Of a stretch of 64,000 nt of DNA, positions 21,395 to 33,229 are shown one piece after another (positions within the stretch are counted from its first letter, which is position 1; each line of letters begins with the position of its first letter). Location of the stretch: assembly GCA_964350735.1 (NCBI GenBank), contig CAYGKO010000002.1:26134-90133 (forward strand), written 5' to 3'. The notes beneath the pieces were generated by a model. That model was given only the letters and a program-made list of their open reading frames with translations. It did not search any database and was not told where the DNA came from. The stretch comes from an uncultured Candidatus Saccharibacteria bacterium (GTDB lineage: Bacteria > Patescibacteriota > Minisyncoccia > Phycocordibacterales > UBA918). The translations under genes and the position numbers were made by a program.

Positions 21395-21841
21395 ATGGAA
21401 CAACTTATTGAAGCATTCGGTATTGATGTTAAAGGCATCACCGTTCAGATTATCAACTTTATAATCCTGATGGGATTGTTGAGTTATTTCCTGTACAAAC
21501 CAGTTTTAAAACTGTTGCAAGATCGTGAAGATGCGATCAAGCAAGGTATTGCAGATGCCGAAGCAGCTGCTGCTGCAAAAGCAGAAGCGGATACAGAACG
21601 TAAAGCGGTGGTAGCACAAGCGCACAAAGAAGCAGAAGAGGTCAACACTCGAGCGAAGCAAGCAGCTGGCGAAAAATCTAACGAGATTATTGCCGCGGCT
21701 GAAGACAAGGCAGCCGGTGTTATCCGCAGCGCTGAGCAAAAAGGCACTGACATTCAGGCTCAAGCCCGAAAGGAGAGCGAAGCAGAAATTGCCAAGCTCG
21801 CAGTCCTTGCTACAGAAAAATTGCTTAAAAAAGACGCCTAA
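21395..21841 (+). CDS. atpF: F0F1 ATP synthase subunit b
   Basis: N-terminal TM (QIINF..L..LL..FLYKP) and Ala-rich coiled coil. Confidence 0.93.
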   Translation: MEQLIEAFGIDVKGITVQIINFIILMGLLSYFLYKPVLKLLQDREDAIKQGIADAEAAAAAKAEADTERKAVVAQAHKEAEEVNTRAKQAAGEKSNEIIAAAEDKAAGVIRSAEQKGTDIQAQARKESEAEIAKLAVLATEKLLKKDA

Positions 21842-21846
21842 ACACT

Positions 21847-22227
21847 ATGAAAGACACCTACATCACTGCAGTATTAGAAATGATCGCTGAAGGCGCAATG
21901 CCTGATGTTGTTCTTGCTGGACTGCAGCAGTCGCTGAAGAAGCACGGTCATGAACGACTGTATGCGTCTGTGCTACGTGGTGTTAGTCGGGTACTTAGTG
22001 CTGGTTCTGCTGATGCAGTTTCTGTTACTGTTGCCCAGTCATCTGATGTTGAAAAACATCAAACAGCCATTAAGGCAACTCTGACTGAACTCGGTGTCAC
22101 AACAGAACCAGTTGTTACTATCGACGAGTCACTTATCGGAGGGTATGTCGCTGAAGCCAATAACCAGCGGGTGGACGCTAGTTACAAATCAAAATTAGTT
22201 TCGGTCTACCGAAACGTCACCAAGTAA
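21847..22227 (+). CDS. atpH: F0F1 ATP synthase subunit delta (short)
   Basis: IDESLIGG....VDASY C-terminal motif; operon position. Confidence 0.85.
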   Translation: MKDTYITAVLEMIAEGAMPDVVLAGLQQSLKKHGHERLYASVLRGVSRVLSAGSADAVSVTVAQSSDVEKHQTAIKATLTELGVTTEPVVTIDESLIGGYVAEANNQRVDASYKSKLVSVYRNVTK

Positions 22228-22261
22228 CTTATTCACTACATTTAATAACCAATCATTCACT

Positions 22262-23833
22262 ATGAGCACTGTATTAATCGACAAGATCAAACAAGAGATT
22301 GCAGACATTGACGCTGCCGGAATCACCCAAGAAGTAGGTATTGTCACCACTGTTGGTGATGGTATTGCTGAAATCGACGGACTTAAGACCGCCCAGATGA
22401 TGGAGATGGTTGTCTTCGATGATGGAGCTGGAAAGAGCCTCGAAGAAGTGATCGCGAGCGATGACGCCCTCTATGGCTTGATCTTGAACTTAGAAGAAGA
22501 TGCAGTGAAGGTGGTAGTGCTTGGTGAATCAAATCGGGTAAAAGAAGGTATGCGAGTGATGCGTACTAAAAAACTTCTTTCAGTACCCGTTGGTGACGGA
22601 ATTGTCGGGCGTGTAGTGAACGCTCTGGGCGAACCAATTGATGGCGAAGGTGCTATTGATGCTGACAAAGACATGCCGATCGAGCGAGTTGCTTACGGAG
22701 TAATGGATCGATCCGGAGTGAACGAACCAATTCACACTGGTATCAAGGCGATCGACTCAATGATTCCAATTGGACGAGGTCAACGAGAACTCATCATTGG
22801 TGATCGCCAAACAGGGAAGACAACAGTAGCGGTAGACACCATCATTAACCAAAAATACGAACCGGCAGATAAGCGCCCAATTTGTATCTACGTAGCCGTA
22901 GGTCAAAAACGTTCAAAGACCGTAAGTATTATGGCGAAGCTCCAAGAAGCAGGAGCGATGGAGTACACCACTATCGTGGCTACGTCTGCTTCTGAAGCAT
23001 CACCGATGCTCTTCCTGGCGCCATTTACAGGCGCAGCGATTGGTGAGTACTTTATGGAGCAAGGCAAAGACGTACTCGTGGTGTTTGACGACCTGTCGAA
23101 GCATGCGAACGCCTACCGACAAATGTCACTCCTACTGCGACGCCCACCAGGACGAGAAGCCTATCCAGGAGACATTTTTTACCTACACTCTCGTCTTCTC
23201 GAACGATCAGCCAAGCTTTCACAAGAACTGGGTGGTGGTTCAATCACCGCCTTGCCGATTATTGAAACGCAAGAAGGTGACGTGTCGGCGTACATCCCAA
23301 CCAACGTGATCTCAATTACGGATGGCCAGATCTTCCTCGATACCGATCTCTTCAACAAGGGGATCCGTCCAGCGCTCGACGTTGGTATCTCAGTATCACG
23401 AGTAGGATCGAGCGCTCAGACTAAAGCAATGAAGAAGGTGGCTGGGAAGATTCGTCTCGAGCTCGCGCAGTTCCGAGAACTGGAAGCTTTCATGCAGTTC
23501 GCCTCTGATCTCGATGAGGATACGAAAGCCCGTATCGAATCAGGCCGCAAGTACGTAGAAATGCTTAAGCAACCGCAAAACGCCCCGGTACCGTTCTACA
23601 AACAAGTGGTAGCCATCTACGCTGCTAATAATGGCATCTTCGATGGCGCACGAGTTGAGAACACTAGCAAGATTGAATCGGGCCTTCTGTCATTTGTAGA
23701 GCGAGACCGAAAAGAAATCCTCGACGCGCTTGAGACTGGGCGTGAACTAACTGATGAAGTAGTTGAGAATCTAAACAAGGCGATGGCAGACTTCAAAGAC
23801 GCTAATCAAAACCTCTACGTAGTAGCTGAATAA
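22262..23833 (+). CDS. atpA: F0F1 ATP synthase subunit alpha
   Basis: GDRQTGKT and RPPGREAYPGD motifs. Confidence 0.98.
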   Translation: MSTVLIDKIKQEIADIDAAGITQEVGIVTTVGDGIAEIDGLKTAQMMEMVVFDDGAGKSLEEVIASDDALYGLILNLEEDAVKVVVLGESNRVKEGMRVMRTKKLLSVPVGDGIVGRVVNALGEPIDGEGAIDADKDMPIERVAYGVMDRSGVNEPIHTGIKAIDSMIPIGRGQRELIIGDRQTGKTTVAVDTIINQKYEPADKRPICIYVAVGQKRSKTVSIMAKLQEAGAMEYTTIVATSASEASPMLFLAPFTGAAIGEYFMEQGKDVLVVFDDLSKHANAYRQMSLLLRRPPGREAYPGDIFYLHSRLLERSAKLSQELGGGSITALPIIETQEGDVSAYIPTNVISITDGQIFLDTDLFNKGIRPALDVGISVSRVGSSAQTKAMKKVAGKIRLELAQFRELEAFMQFASDLDEDTKARIESGRKYVEMLKQPQNAPVPFYKQVVAIYAANNGIFDGARVENTSKIESGLLSFVERDRKEILDALETGRELTDEVVENLNKAMADFKDANQNLYVVAE

Positions 23834-23835
23834 AA

Positions 23836-24174
23836 ATGTTTTTGAAAATATTACAAATTGGATATTTAGTTTTCACTGGACAGCTTTTATTGCTGTTTGC
23901 AATTCGTAGTTTCCCGGCAACTGGTCTTCTTGAAGATTTAGCAGGAATACAAATGATAGTTTGGCTTATTTTCACACCATTTATTCTGATCACATCAGGT
24001 TATCGGCATTATAAAAGAATAAACTCAAGAATTGATAGCTTAGCATTCGTTATCTCAGTATGCTCATTCGTCTACTTATTTTTTATATTTTATTATGCTT
24101 ATAATTCTGGAGGTATAGTGGAAGAGTTTGACTACAGTCAAGAGAATATACCCTCAATACCAACGTCTATCTAA
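23836..24174 (+). CDS. hypothetical 3-TM membrane protein inserted in the atp operon
   Basis: Fills the atpA-atpG gap with 2-nt spacers on both sides; visibly AT-rich. Confidence 0.7.
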   Translation: MFLKILQIGYLVFTGQLLLLFAIRSFPATGLLEDLAGIQMIVWLIFTPFILITSGYRHYKRINSRIDSLAFVISVCSFVYLFFIFYYAYNSGGIVEEFDYSQENIPSIPTSI

Positions 24175-24176
24175 AT

Positions 24177-25079
24177 ATGGCCCTCAAACAAATTAAAAAC
24201 AAAATAGTTTCGACCAAAAAGACCGGTAAAGTTACCAAGGCGATGGAGTCGGTGTCTGCGGTTAAGATGCGGAAAAGTCAGCAGCGCGCGTTTGCTGGCC
24301 GCCCGTACATCCATGCAGCACTACGAATTCTGTCGCAGCTAGCAACTTCACCAGATGGTCTCCAGCACCCACTGACGCAAAAGCGGACTGCAGGGAAGCG
24401 TTTGGCAGTGGTGGTTACTAGTGATAAAGGTTTGGCCGGGAGTGTGAACTCTGCGGTGCTTAAAAAAGCCTCTGAAACAATTGCTAAAGAAGGTGACTTG
24501 GAATTGATCTGCGTTGGACGCAAGGCAGTCGAGTTTGCTAGGCGGGAGAAGCAAGTACTGCTTGGTGAGTACACCAATATCTCAGATGAGGTCACGATCG
24601 AAGATGTGTATGAAATTGCTCAAACACTTGTCAATGCTTTTGAAGGCGGTGAGTATAAAGAGGTAGAAATCATCTATCAAAATTTCCTGTCTACGTTTGA
24701 GCAGGAGCCGACTCGTCGAACAGTGTTACCGCTCGACCCAGCGGAAATCCACTACATCATGCGAGGTATCCGTCCTAAGAAGGGAGTTGGTAGCGAGGAT
24801 GTAGAGCCAGCGGTAGAATCAACGGTGTATACCATCGAGCCATCACCAGAGGAGGTGCTGGAGTCACTCGTGCCGCGCTTAGTGCAGATTATGGTCTACC
24901 ACGCACTCTTGGAGAGCAAGGCCTGCGAACACTCTGCTCGAATGGTAGCCATGAAGAACGCCACCGATAAGTCTAAAGAGATGGCCAAGTCATTGACACT
25001 ACTCTTCAACAAACAGCGACAAGCAGCCATTACCGCTGAAGTGAGTGAAATCACCGGTGGTATTGAAGCCATGAAGTAG
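24177..25079 (+). CDS. atpG: F0F1 ATP synthase subunit gamma
   Basis: KVTKAME.VSAVK, SDKGLAG, EHSARMVAM.NATD and RQAAITAE motifs. Confidence 0.97.
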   Translation: MALKQIKNKIVSTKKTGKVTKAMESVSAVKMRKSQQRAFAGRPYIHAALRILSQLATSPDGLQHPLTQKRTAGKRLAVVVTSDKGLAGSVNSAVLKKASETIAKEGDLELICVGRKAVEFARREKQVLLGEYTNISDEVTIEDVYEIAQTLVNAFEGGEYKEVEIIYQNFLSTFEQEPTRRTVLPLDPAEIHYIMRGIRPKKGVGSEDVEPAVESTVYTIEPSPEEVLESLVPRLVQIMVYHALLESKACEHSARMVAMKNATDKSKEMAKSLTLLFNKQRQAAITAEVSEITGGIEAMK

Positions 25080-25085
25080 TTCTAA

Positions 25086-26563
<1,478 letters not shown>

Positions 26564-26564
<1 letters not shown>

Positions 26565-26776
26565 TGAAAATTGTTGCAATCTTCGTAGTGACTATTGTAG
26601 TTCTTGTAGGATATACAATTTACACAAATCCACAGGAATGCAACCACGGTGAAGGAATGCCTGGTGATCCATACAAAAGTTGTAACTGCTTAGGAGTGTG
26701 GGTTTCTGATGGAAAACCAACACCAGCCATTCCAGGAGCAATATCGGGTGGTCTGTGCTACGGATTAACTAATTAA
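26564..26776 (+). CDS. small secreted cysteine-rich protein inserted in the atp operon
   Basis: Signal/anchor peptide plus 4 Cys (ECNH..SCNCLG..LCYG); TAATG coupling to atpD. Confidence 0.7.
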
Positions 26777-26782
26777 CAAATT

Positions 26783-27034
26783 ATGGCAGAACAAAACACA
26801 CTAAAACTCACTGTTTCAAAAGTAGACGCACCAATCTTCGATGGAGAAGCACTTTCAGTGATCGTGCCGGGTGTTGATGGTGAGATGGAAATCTTAGCCA
26901 ATCACACCGCTCTTATTTCTCCCCTTAAAGAGGGTGTTATCACTATCAAGAAAATTGATGGTGAAAAAGAAACCCATGAAATTCATTCGGGAACACTGGA
27001 AATCTCTCACAATCACGCAACTATTTTAATCTAA
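26783..27034 (+). CDS. atpC: F0F1 ATP synthase subunit epsilon (N-terminal beta domain only)
   Basis: PG.DGEMEILANH..LIS.L..G motif; 83 aa, no C-terminal helices. Confidence 0.9.
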   Translation: MAEQNTLKLTVSKVDAPIFDGEALSVIVPGVDGEMEILANHTALISPLKEGVITIKKIDGEKETHEIHSGTLEISHNHATILI

Positions 27035-27098
27035 AAATTGCACGCCTGTACACAAGCTGTATCCCTAAGGGACGCGGCTTTTGGTATTGTGTTCACAT

Positions 27099-27665
27099 AT
27101 GTCATTACGTTCACAATTCTGGAGTTTGCTTAAAGCAGTAAGTTTGTTTTTTATTCTAGTGAGTTTTTGCTCGTTACTTGTGTGGCTAATTGTCAATCCT
27201 CCTTCAGATTACTACCATGATTCAGGTTGGGGAATACGCGGTGAAGTAAACTACCAAACCTATTGCACCAACAGTATGGGAGATATAGGTGTTGCTTTTT
27301 CAAACGCTCGATGTAATGGAAAACTAGAACATATTGAGGGTGGTATTCAGATATTACTGCTTCCGCTGGACTTTGTGCTCTATGGAGCTTACGGAGTTTA
27401 TTTTTATTGGTGGATTATACTACCGATGTACCTACTAGGTATAGTTCAGTTGGCCCATATTATTCATAGAAAAATATATAAATTTAATCTTAGTTGGAAG
27501 CTACATACAACTAGGTACCTAGCTGTCATTGTATTAACTGCAATATCACTTTGTTTACTAGCTCTGTTAGTTAATCAGGTTAGTAATCAGCTCATGCTAC
27601 TCGATGTAAACTCTCATCGGCCATATACAGATATTCCACTACCGCCAACACCGATTGCACAATAA
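27099..27665 (+). CDS. hypothetical membrane protein
   Basis: Several TMs with a Cys-containing loop; start ATG27099 after TGGTATTGT. Confidence 0.65.
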   Translation: MSLRSQFWSLLKAVSLFFILVSFCSLLVWLIVNPPSDYYHDSGWGIRGEVNYQTYCTNSMGDIGVAFSNARCNGKLEHIEGGIQILLLPLDFVLYGAYGVYFYWWIILPMYLLGIVQLAHIIHRKIYKFNLSWKLHTTRYLAVIVLTAISLCLLALLVNQVSNQLMLLDVNSHRPYTDIPLPPTPIAQ

Positions 27666-27679
27666 ACATATACACACAG

Positions 27680-27706
27680 GAGCGGCGCCGCAGGCGCCGC
27701 TCTTTG
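27680..27706 (+). terminator. GC-rich hairpin / probable terminator
   Basis: GAGCGGCGCC-gca-GGCGCCGCTC followed by TTTG. Confidence 0.6.
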
Positions 27707-27721
27707 CTATAGTTCTGGTAT

Positions 27722-28246
27722 ATGGAAATTATATTTACCCTCAGTTCGATCTTGCAGTCAGTTGCGATATCACTTGGTGTTGGTTGCTCAACCCTCGCTA
27801 TCCTTAACTTCTTTAGTGCAATTGCTGATGGTACGATCGACGAGACGGAACGACGAATGATGGGAGTGGTGTATGTTGTACTCCGGGTTGCTATGGTACT
27901 TATTTTAGTCACTACCTTTATTCTAGGGGCTGTTACATATCTGCAAACTGGCTCACTGCAGTTTGCACCGTATGTAGGAGCGCTTTGGACTTTGATAGCA
28001 GTGCTGTATACCAATGCTATTCTAATGACGCTACACGTAGTGCCGAGTACAGTAGGGCCCTCGATACAAGCTTCAAGTTGGTACACACTTGGAGTAGTTA
28101 CGGCATTAGTACCACTCGGTTTGGCTGGCTTTAATTATGGACAGTTCTTCCTCGGTTACCTGGCAGCCTTCTTGCTTGCAACAGCACTAGTAAATGGATT
28201 TATGGCCTATACAAAAAAGAAAAAACGACAAACTGACCAAGGCTAA
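27722..28246 (+). CDS. hypothetical multi-TM membrane protein
   Basis: About 5 TMs, DGTIDETE loop; TGCTATAGT eight nt upstream. Confidence 0.75.
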   Translation: MEIIFTLSSILQSVAISLGVGCSTLAILNFFSAIADGTIDETERRMMGVVYVVLRVAMVLILVTTFILGAVTYLQTGSLQFAPYVGALWTLIAVLYTNAILMTLHVVPSTVGPSIQASSWYTLGVVTALVPLGLAGFNYGQFFLGYLAAFLLATALVNGFMAYTKKKKRQTDQG

Positions 28247-28259
28247 GCTACGACAAAAT

Positions 28260-28296
28260 AAAAACCTCGAGAGAATTTCTCGGGGTTTTTGTTTTT
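28260..28296. terminator. bidirectional terminator between convergent genes
   Basis: AAAAACCTCGAGA-loop-TCTCGGGGTTTTT. Confidence 0.75.
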
Positions 28297-28297
28297 A

Positions 28298-31200
28298 TTA
28301 CTTAGGTAGTTCGCTTGGTTTTCGGTAGTAGATAATCGGAATCAAAAGCAAGGTAATAATGACTGAGAACACCAGTCCAAACATCACGGCGTAGGCGAGT
28401 GGCGCCCATAAGTCACCAGCGTAGGTAAGAGGGATCATTCCGAATACTGTCGTGACGGTAGTTAGAAGAATTGGCCGCAGTCGGTTACCAGCAGTTTCAA
28501 TCACTACGTCTCGGACTGATTTTTCTGGTTGTGCTTTACGCATGCCGATCATCATATCGATGAGCAGGATTGAGTTATTAACTACAATCCCGGAGAGAGC
28601 AATGAACCCCATAATGGAAGGGAAGGAGAGAGGGTTTTGTGTAATAGCCAGACCAATCATGATACCAATCAGTGAGAAAGGAAGAATTGAGAGTACATAG
28701 GCCATCGCTCGATACGAATTGAATTGCAAAGTTAGAATTGCAATCATAAGACCAACTCCCACAATAAGCGCAAAGAACATTTCAATAAAGGCCTGGTTTG
28801 ATTCGTCAGTCTCTCCACCACCAGTGCTAATCTCGACACCGTCAGGAATATTTAATTCATTTTGTACCCGCGCTAAAATATCAGCTTGGATTTCTCGAGC
28901 ATTTCCAGCTGCAGTGATATCAGCCGTTACCGACACAACTCGCTTTTTATCTTCGTGATTAATGACTGAGCTGGATTCGCGTAATCGCACTGTTACGAGT
29001 TCAGAGAGAGGAATCGAGCCAGATACAGTTGGAAGTGAAATACGAGTTAGATCATCAATAGTGGTGATATTAGTAGTTGACGGGTCGACAGTGTTTGAGT
29101 TATCAATATCCAGTTTTACCACTACATCAATGTCGTCATCAAGTGTCGTCAGTGATGTAGCATCAGCTCCAAATACCGCAGTTCGTGCTATTTGAGATAC
29201 CGTAAACGGATTAAGACCGAACGCAGCTGTCTTCTCGCGGTCGAGTTCTAGAACAAATTCAGTATTGTTATTGTTGGTACTACTTTGTACGTTCGTTGTG
29301 TTCTCAACCGATCGGATTAGTCCCGTAGTTTGATTAGCAAAGTTTGTGATCTCAGTTAAGTCATCACCGAGGAATTTAATCACGATAGCAGCTCCGGTTG
29401 GTGGACCGTCACTCGGTTGGTTGACCGTAACTTTTACATCTCGTATGAAGGCAAGATCTGCTCGTAACTCTTCCACAATTTCAGTACTAGTTTGAGCCCG
29501 GTCTTCTTTGAGAGAAATAAAGAGGTTAGCCAATTTTTCGCCGCTGCCACCAGCACCAAATTGACTACCGCTTCCGATCGTGGCTGTGAAGGATTCAATG
29601 TCGCTTCGAGTGTAGAGAACTTCTTCCACCCGACGAACTGCAATGTCGGTTAATTCTTTAACGGTGCCCTCAGGATTTTCAACTTCAAGAATGATGAAGT
29701 CTACGTTCCCTTGCTCAAAGAAGACTACTTTTACCAAACTATTGGATAAACCAGCTGCTTGCATTACAAAGATTGAGATTGCACCAACTGTAATCACTGA
29801 AATAAGTAGTGTAAAGATTTTAAGCCCTTCGCGATAACGTCGGACATTAATCCGTAGAACGCGCTTCACCACTATGTACACAAATGGTATAGCCAGAAGC
29901 CCAGCCCATACATTTGCTGGTAAAAGCAGTGAAAATACCAATGCAGCAGAAATACCAGCAATGAATTTGTTTTGAGTATCGAGATTATCAAGAATACTTG
30001 TAAGTTTTGTCTGGTACCAATTTTCGAGTTTTCGTGCGTTGGCTACCTGAATTTTTTCAAATCGAGTTTCACTTCGGCGTCGCAAGAAACCAGAAGCGAG
30101 TAGTGGGATGATAGCCAGAGCTACAAACATTGAAGCAAATAGCAGGAAAATCAGCGTGAACGGAATACTGGCAATGAATTGACCAATGACACCACCGACA
30201 ATGAACAGTCCAACAAACATCGAAACAGTCGTAAGCGTTCCAGAAATGAGAGGGGCACTGAATTCACGAATAGTTTCAATCGCGGCAGTTCGTTTATCGA
30301 TGTCAGGATTGTCTTTCATTCGGCGATTAATGCCTTCAACCATCACAATGGCTGAGTCAACTAAAATACCAATCCCCAGAATTAATGAAAAGAGACTTAG
30401 GAAGTTGATCGTGTTGCCTGATAGATACAGTCCAATAAAGCCGAACAAGAACGAGAGGGGAATAGCAGTACCGGCCAGCAAACCTTCGCGCCAGCCCAGG
30501 GCTACAATCAAAAGCAGAACCACCAGCACTACAGTTTGCAAGCCAGAGCTTGAAAGTCGGACCAGGTCTTCATTGATGTCAGCTCCAGCATCAAGCACTG
30601 TCTCGGTCACAATCCCATCGAGCGTATTTCCAGGGTTTTGTAACTCTGCCAATTTATCGTTAATTCCAGCTGTAATGGCAGTGATATCACCCCCAGTTTG
30701 TTTATAGACATCAAACGAGATAGATGAAGCCGAAGGTTGGTTATCGACGCTTAAGCGCGAAATTCGGTTCGCAGGAGCTAGTCCGTTAACCACTGTCGCA
30801 ATATCCCGCACATATACTGGCTGCCCACCGCGGGTAGTGATCGCAATGTTAGCAATTTGACTGGGATCAGTAATATCACCCTCAAAGGCAACATTATAGG
30901 AAACTCCGTTATTCTTGATCTGACCGATTGGAAACGTAATATTTGCATTCCGAACAGCGCTGGTTACTTCAGTTAGCGTTAATCCAAATAGCAGGAGTTG
31001 CGTTTGGTCTACAATAATTGTTACTTCTCGATCTCGAACACCATTGGTTTCAACCCGAGATACACCATTGAGCGATTCAATTTCTGCTTCAACGCTGTCA
31101 GCTAGTGAGGTAAATTCATCAGCCCGTAAGTCAGCTGCTAAGGCAAAAGTGAGGATTGGTTGATCAACAAAGTTTACTTCAGATACGACAGGGTCTTCAG

Positions 31201-31561
31201 CATCATCAGGCAGGTCAGGTTTCAGGGTATCGACTGTATCTTTTAGGTCTTGAATTGATTGGTCTAAATCAGCACTAGCATCAAATTCAACAGTAATAGA
31301 AGATACTCCTTCACGCGAAGTTGAAGTGATGTTTTTTACGTTTTCAATACTCGTCAAACCACGCTCGATTTCGTTGGTAATGAGGGATTCAATGTCTGCA
31401 GCTGGTGCTCCAGGGAGCACAGTTGAGACAATGCCGACTGGCACCACTACCTCCGGCGAAGATTCTTTTGGAATCGCCACCAGACTGTAAGTACCAAGAC
31501 CTATTAAGGCAATCAGAAAAAGATACGCGAACTTACTGTTTTTAATGAAAAATTCCCACAT
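28298..31561 (-). CDS. RND efflux transporter permease (AcrB/AcrD/AcrF family)
   Basis: 1087 aa; two large extracytoplasmic loops, GILVDSAIVMVE, GIVVNNSILL and RLRPILLT motifs. Confidence 0.93.
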   Translation of the reverse strand: MWEFFIKNSKFAYLFLIALIGLGTYSLVAIPKESSPEVVVPVGIVSTVLPGAPAADIESLITNEIERGLTSIENVKNITSTSREGVSSITVEFDASADLDQSIQDLKDTVDTLKPDLPDDAEDPVVSEVNFVDQPILTFALAADLRADEFTSLADSVEAEIESLNGVSRVETNGVRDREVTIIVDQTQLLLFGLTLTEVTSAVRNANITFPIGQIKNNGVSYNVAFEGDITDPSQIANIAITTRGGQPVYVRDIATVVNGLAPANRISRLSVDNQPSASSISFDVYKQTGGDITAITAGINDKLAELQNPGNTLDGIVTETVLDAGADINEDLVRLSSSGLQTVVLVVLLLIVALGWREGLLAGTAIPLSFLFGFIGLYLSGNTINFLSLFSLILGIGILVDSAIVMVEGINRRMKDNPDIDKRTAAIETIREFSAPLISGTLTTVSMFVGLFIVGGVIGQFIASIPFTLIFLLFASMFVALAIIPLLASGFLRRRSETRFEKIQVANARKLENWYQTKLTSILDNLDTQNKFIAGISAALVFSLLLPANVWAGLLAIPFVYIVVKRVLRINVRRYREGLKIFTLLISVITVGAISIFVMQAAGLSNSLVKVVFFEQGNVDFIILEVENPEGTVKELTDIAVRRVEEVLYTRSDIESFTATIGSGSQFGAGGSGEKLANLFISLKEDRAQTSTEIVEELRADLAFIRDVKVTVNQPSDGPPTGAAIVIKFLGDDLTEITNFANQTTGLIRSVENTTNVQSSTNNNNTEFVLELDREKTAAFGLNPFTVSQIARTAVFGADATSLTTLDDDIDVVVKLDIDNSNTVDPSTTNITTIDDLTRISLPTVSGSIPLSELVTVRLRESSSVINHEDKKRVVSVTADITAAGNAREIQADILARVQNELNIPDGVEISTGGGETDESNQAFIEMFFALIVGVGLMIAILTLQFNSYRAMAYVLSILPFSLIGIMIGLAITQNPLSFPSIMGFIALSGIVVNNSILLIDMMIGMRKAQPEKSVRDVVIETAGNRLRPILLTTVTTVFGMIPLTYAGDLWAPLAYAVMFGLVFSVIITLLLIPIIYYRKPSELPK

Positions 31562-31562
31562 A

Positions 31563-33101
31563 CTATTGTTGTTTTATAGCTTCAACTTTCTGACCAATCA
31601 CTAATCCACGAGCATCAATAACAATAGTGTCTCCCAGATCTAATCCAGAAGTGATTTCAACGGAGGTGCCGGTGATGCGTCCTAGCTCTACTGGTTTTGA
31701 CTCCAGTACTCCCTCGGTCACAAAGAATACGCTACCAGCGATGTCGGTAAATTTAACAGCAGAAATAGGGATGAGGATAGTGGTGTTGGCTGCTTTTTCA
31801 ATCCCTGAAATTTCAATCCGGACAGTATCTCCATTGTTGAGGGTGTCAGATTCAGTGGCTATAACAACTTCAGTCTTTAAGGTCGTTGGGTTAATCGCGT
31901 TTGCGATCTTGGTTATAAGACCTGGATACTGACCGTCCAGCACTACTGTTTGTCCAATCTTTAGAGCATTTCGATCATTTTCTCCCACAAAAGTGGTGAC
32001 TTCCAAAGCATTATTATTCGCAATTTCAGCCACAATTGTTTGTTGTCCCACAAAATCACCAACTTTGATATCCATACTGTTAACTTCTCCTGCAATGGGT
32101 GCTCGTATGATTGTTTTAGACAGCGCCGCTTCTGCACTTCGAAGTGAGCCAAGCGCCTGTTTTATTTGAGCATCAGCGTTAGAGACTGAGCTGTTGCTCC
32201 CAGCGATTTTAGCCTGAGCGAGCGCTTCTTCCGCACTCCGGACATTTGTTTCTGCAGTTTGCAGAGCTGAAAGAGTTCCGTTCAGGGTTGCACGAGCTGT
32301 AGATAGACGGGATCGGTATGCATCGATACTGCCGCCAGCTACTGTTTTAGTTTTGTTATCTTCATCTAGAGTTGCTGAAATGAGATCGTCAATGATACTC
32401 AGAATAGTGTTTATATTCTGTTCTGATGTAGTTTGAATTGCAGCAAAGTCGTTTGCGGTAGAGAGCGTATTAACAGTCTGCCTCCAGGATGTTAATTCTG
32501 TCTGAAGTGCGACACGTCTGTTATTTAGAGAGATGGTGAATCCAGCACCGTCAATTCGCAAACCAGGGAAGCGACTCGTGGGGTCTGTAAAAACATCATC
32601 AATAATAGTCACTACTACATCATTCCCGGTGGTGTAGGTGTTTCTGTATGTTGTTAGAGCGGTGTTACGAGCTGCCCGAAGGTTCGTTTCTGAACCACTT
32701 ACTCCAACATCACTTTGAGCAGAGGCGGCAAGAGCCGATTCATAAGAACCTTCAGCCTGCAATACAGTTGCACGTTGAGCGGCGTTTTCAAGCTGTACCA
32801 ATATAGAACCAGCTGACACACTATCACCCAGTTTGGCATTGACTGCTACAACACGACCTGAAGCTTCACTTTGCACAGTAGCTTGACTCACTGCCTCAAC
32901 CGTTCCGATTAGACTGAGTGAAGATTCGCTCACAAGAGCACCAACAGAACTAACTTGTACGGTCGGTAACACTTCTTCTGCTTCAGTCAGAACTTCATCA
33001 GTTTGAGTCTTAAAGAAAACTCCTGCGACAATTAAAATAGCCACCGCAATTAACGTGCCTATGACCACCTTCCTCCCATACCATTTAAATAACGTTTGCA
33101 T
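31563..33101 (-). CDS. RND periplasmic adaptor (membrane fusion protein) with long alpha-hairpin
   Basis: N-terminal TM, lipoyl halves (SG.V....GD.V..G and IRAPIAG.V), IP.SAV membrane-proximal motif. Confidence 0.88.
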   Translation of the reverse strand: MQTLFKWYGRKVVIGTLIAVAILIVAGVFFKTQTDEVLTEAEEVLPTVQVSSVGALVSESSLSLIGTVEAVSQATVQSEASGRVVAVNAKLGDSVSAGSILVQLENAAQRATVLQAEGSYESALAASAQSDVGVSGSETNLRAARNTALTTYRNTYTTGNDVVVTIIDDVFTDPTSRFPGLRIDGAGFTISLNNRRVALQTELTSWRQTVNTLSTANDFAAIQTTSEQNINTILSIIDDLISATLDEDNKTKTVAGGSIDAYRSRLSTARATLNGTLSALQTAETNVRSAEEALAQAKIAGSNSSVSNADAQIKQALGSLRSAEAALSKTIIRAPIAGEVNSMDIKVGDFVGQQTIVAEIANNNALEVTTFVGENDRNALKIGQTVVLDGQYPGLITKIANAINPTTLKTEVVIATESDTLNNGDTVRIEISGIEKAANTTILIPISAVKFTDIAGSVFFVTEGVLESKPVELGRITGTSVEITSGLDLGDTIVIDARGLVIGQKVEAIKQQ

Positions 33102-33229
33102 ACTAAATTTGTTGATTATACTTGATTAAAATACGTATTTTTTACTGTTTTGTCAAGTCTTATCGACTTAAATACACCATATAGGCAGTAAACTTTACGA
33201 CAGCACTAGAACTGTTACAATAACGCTCT

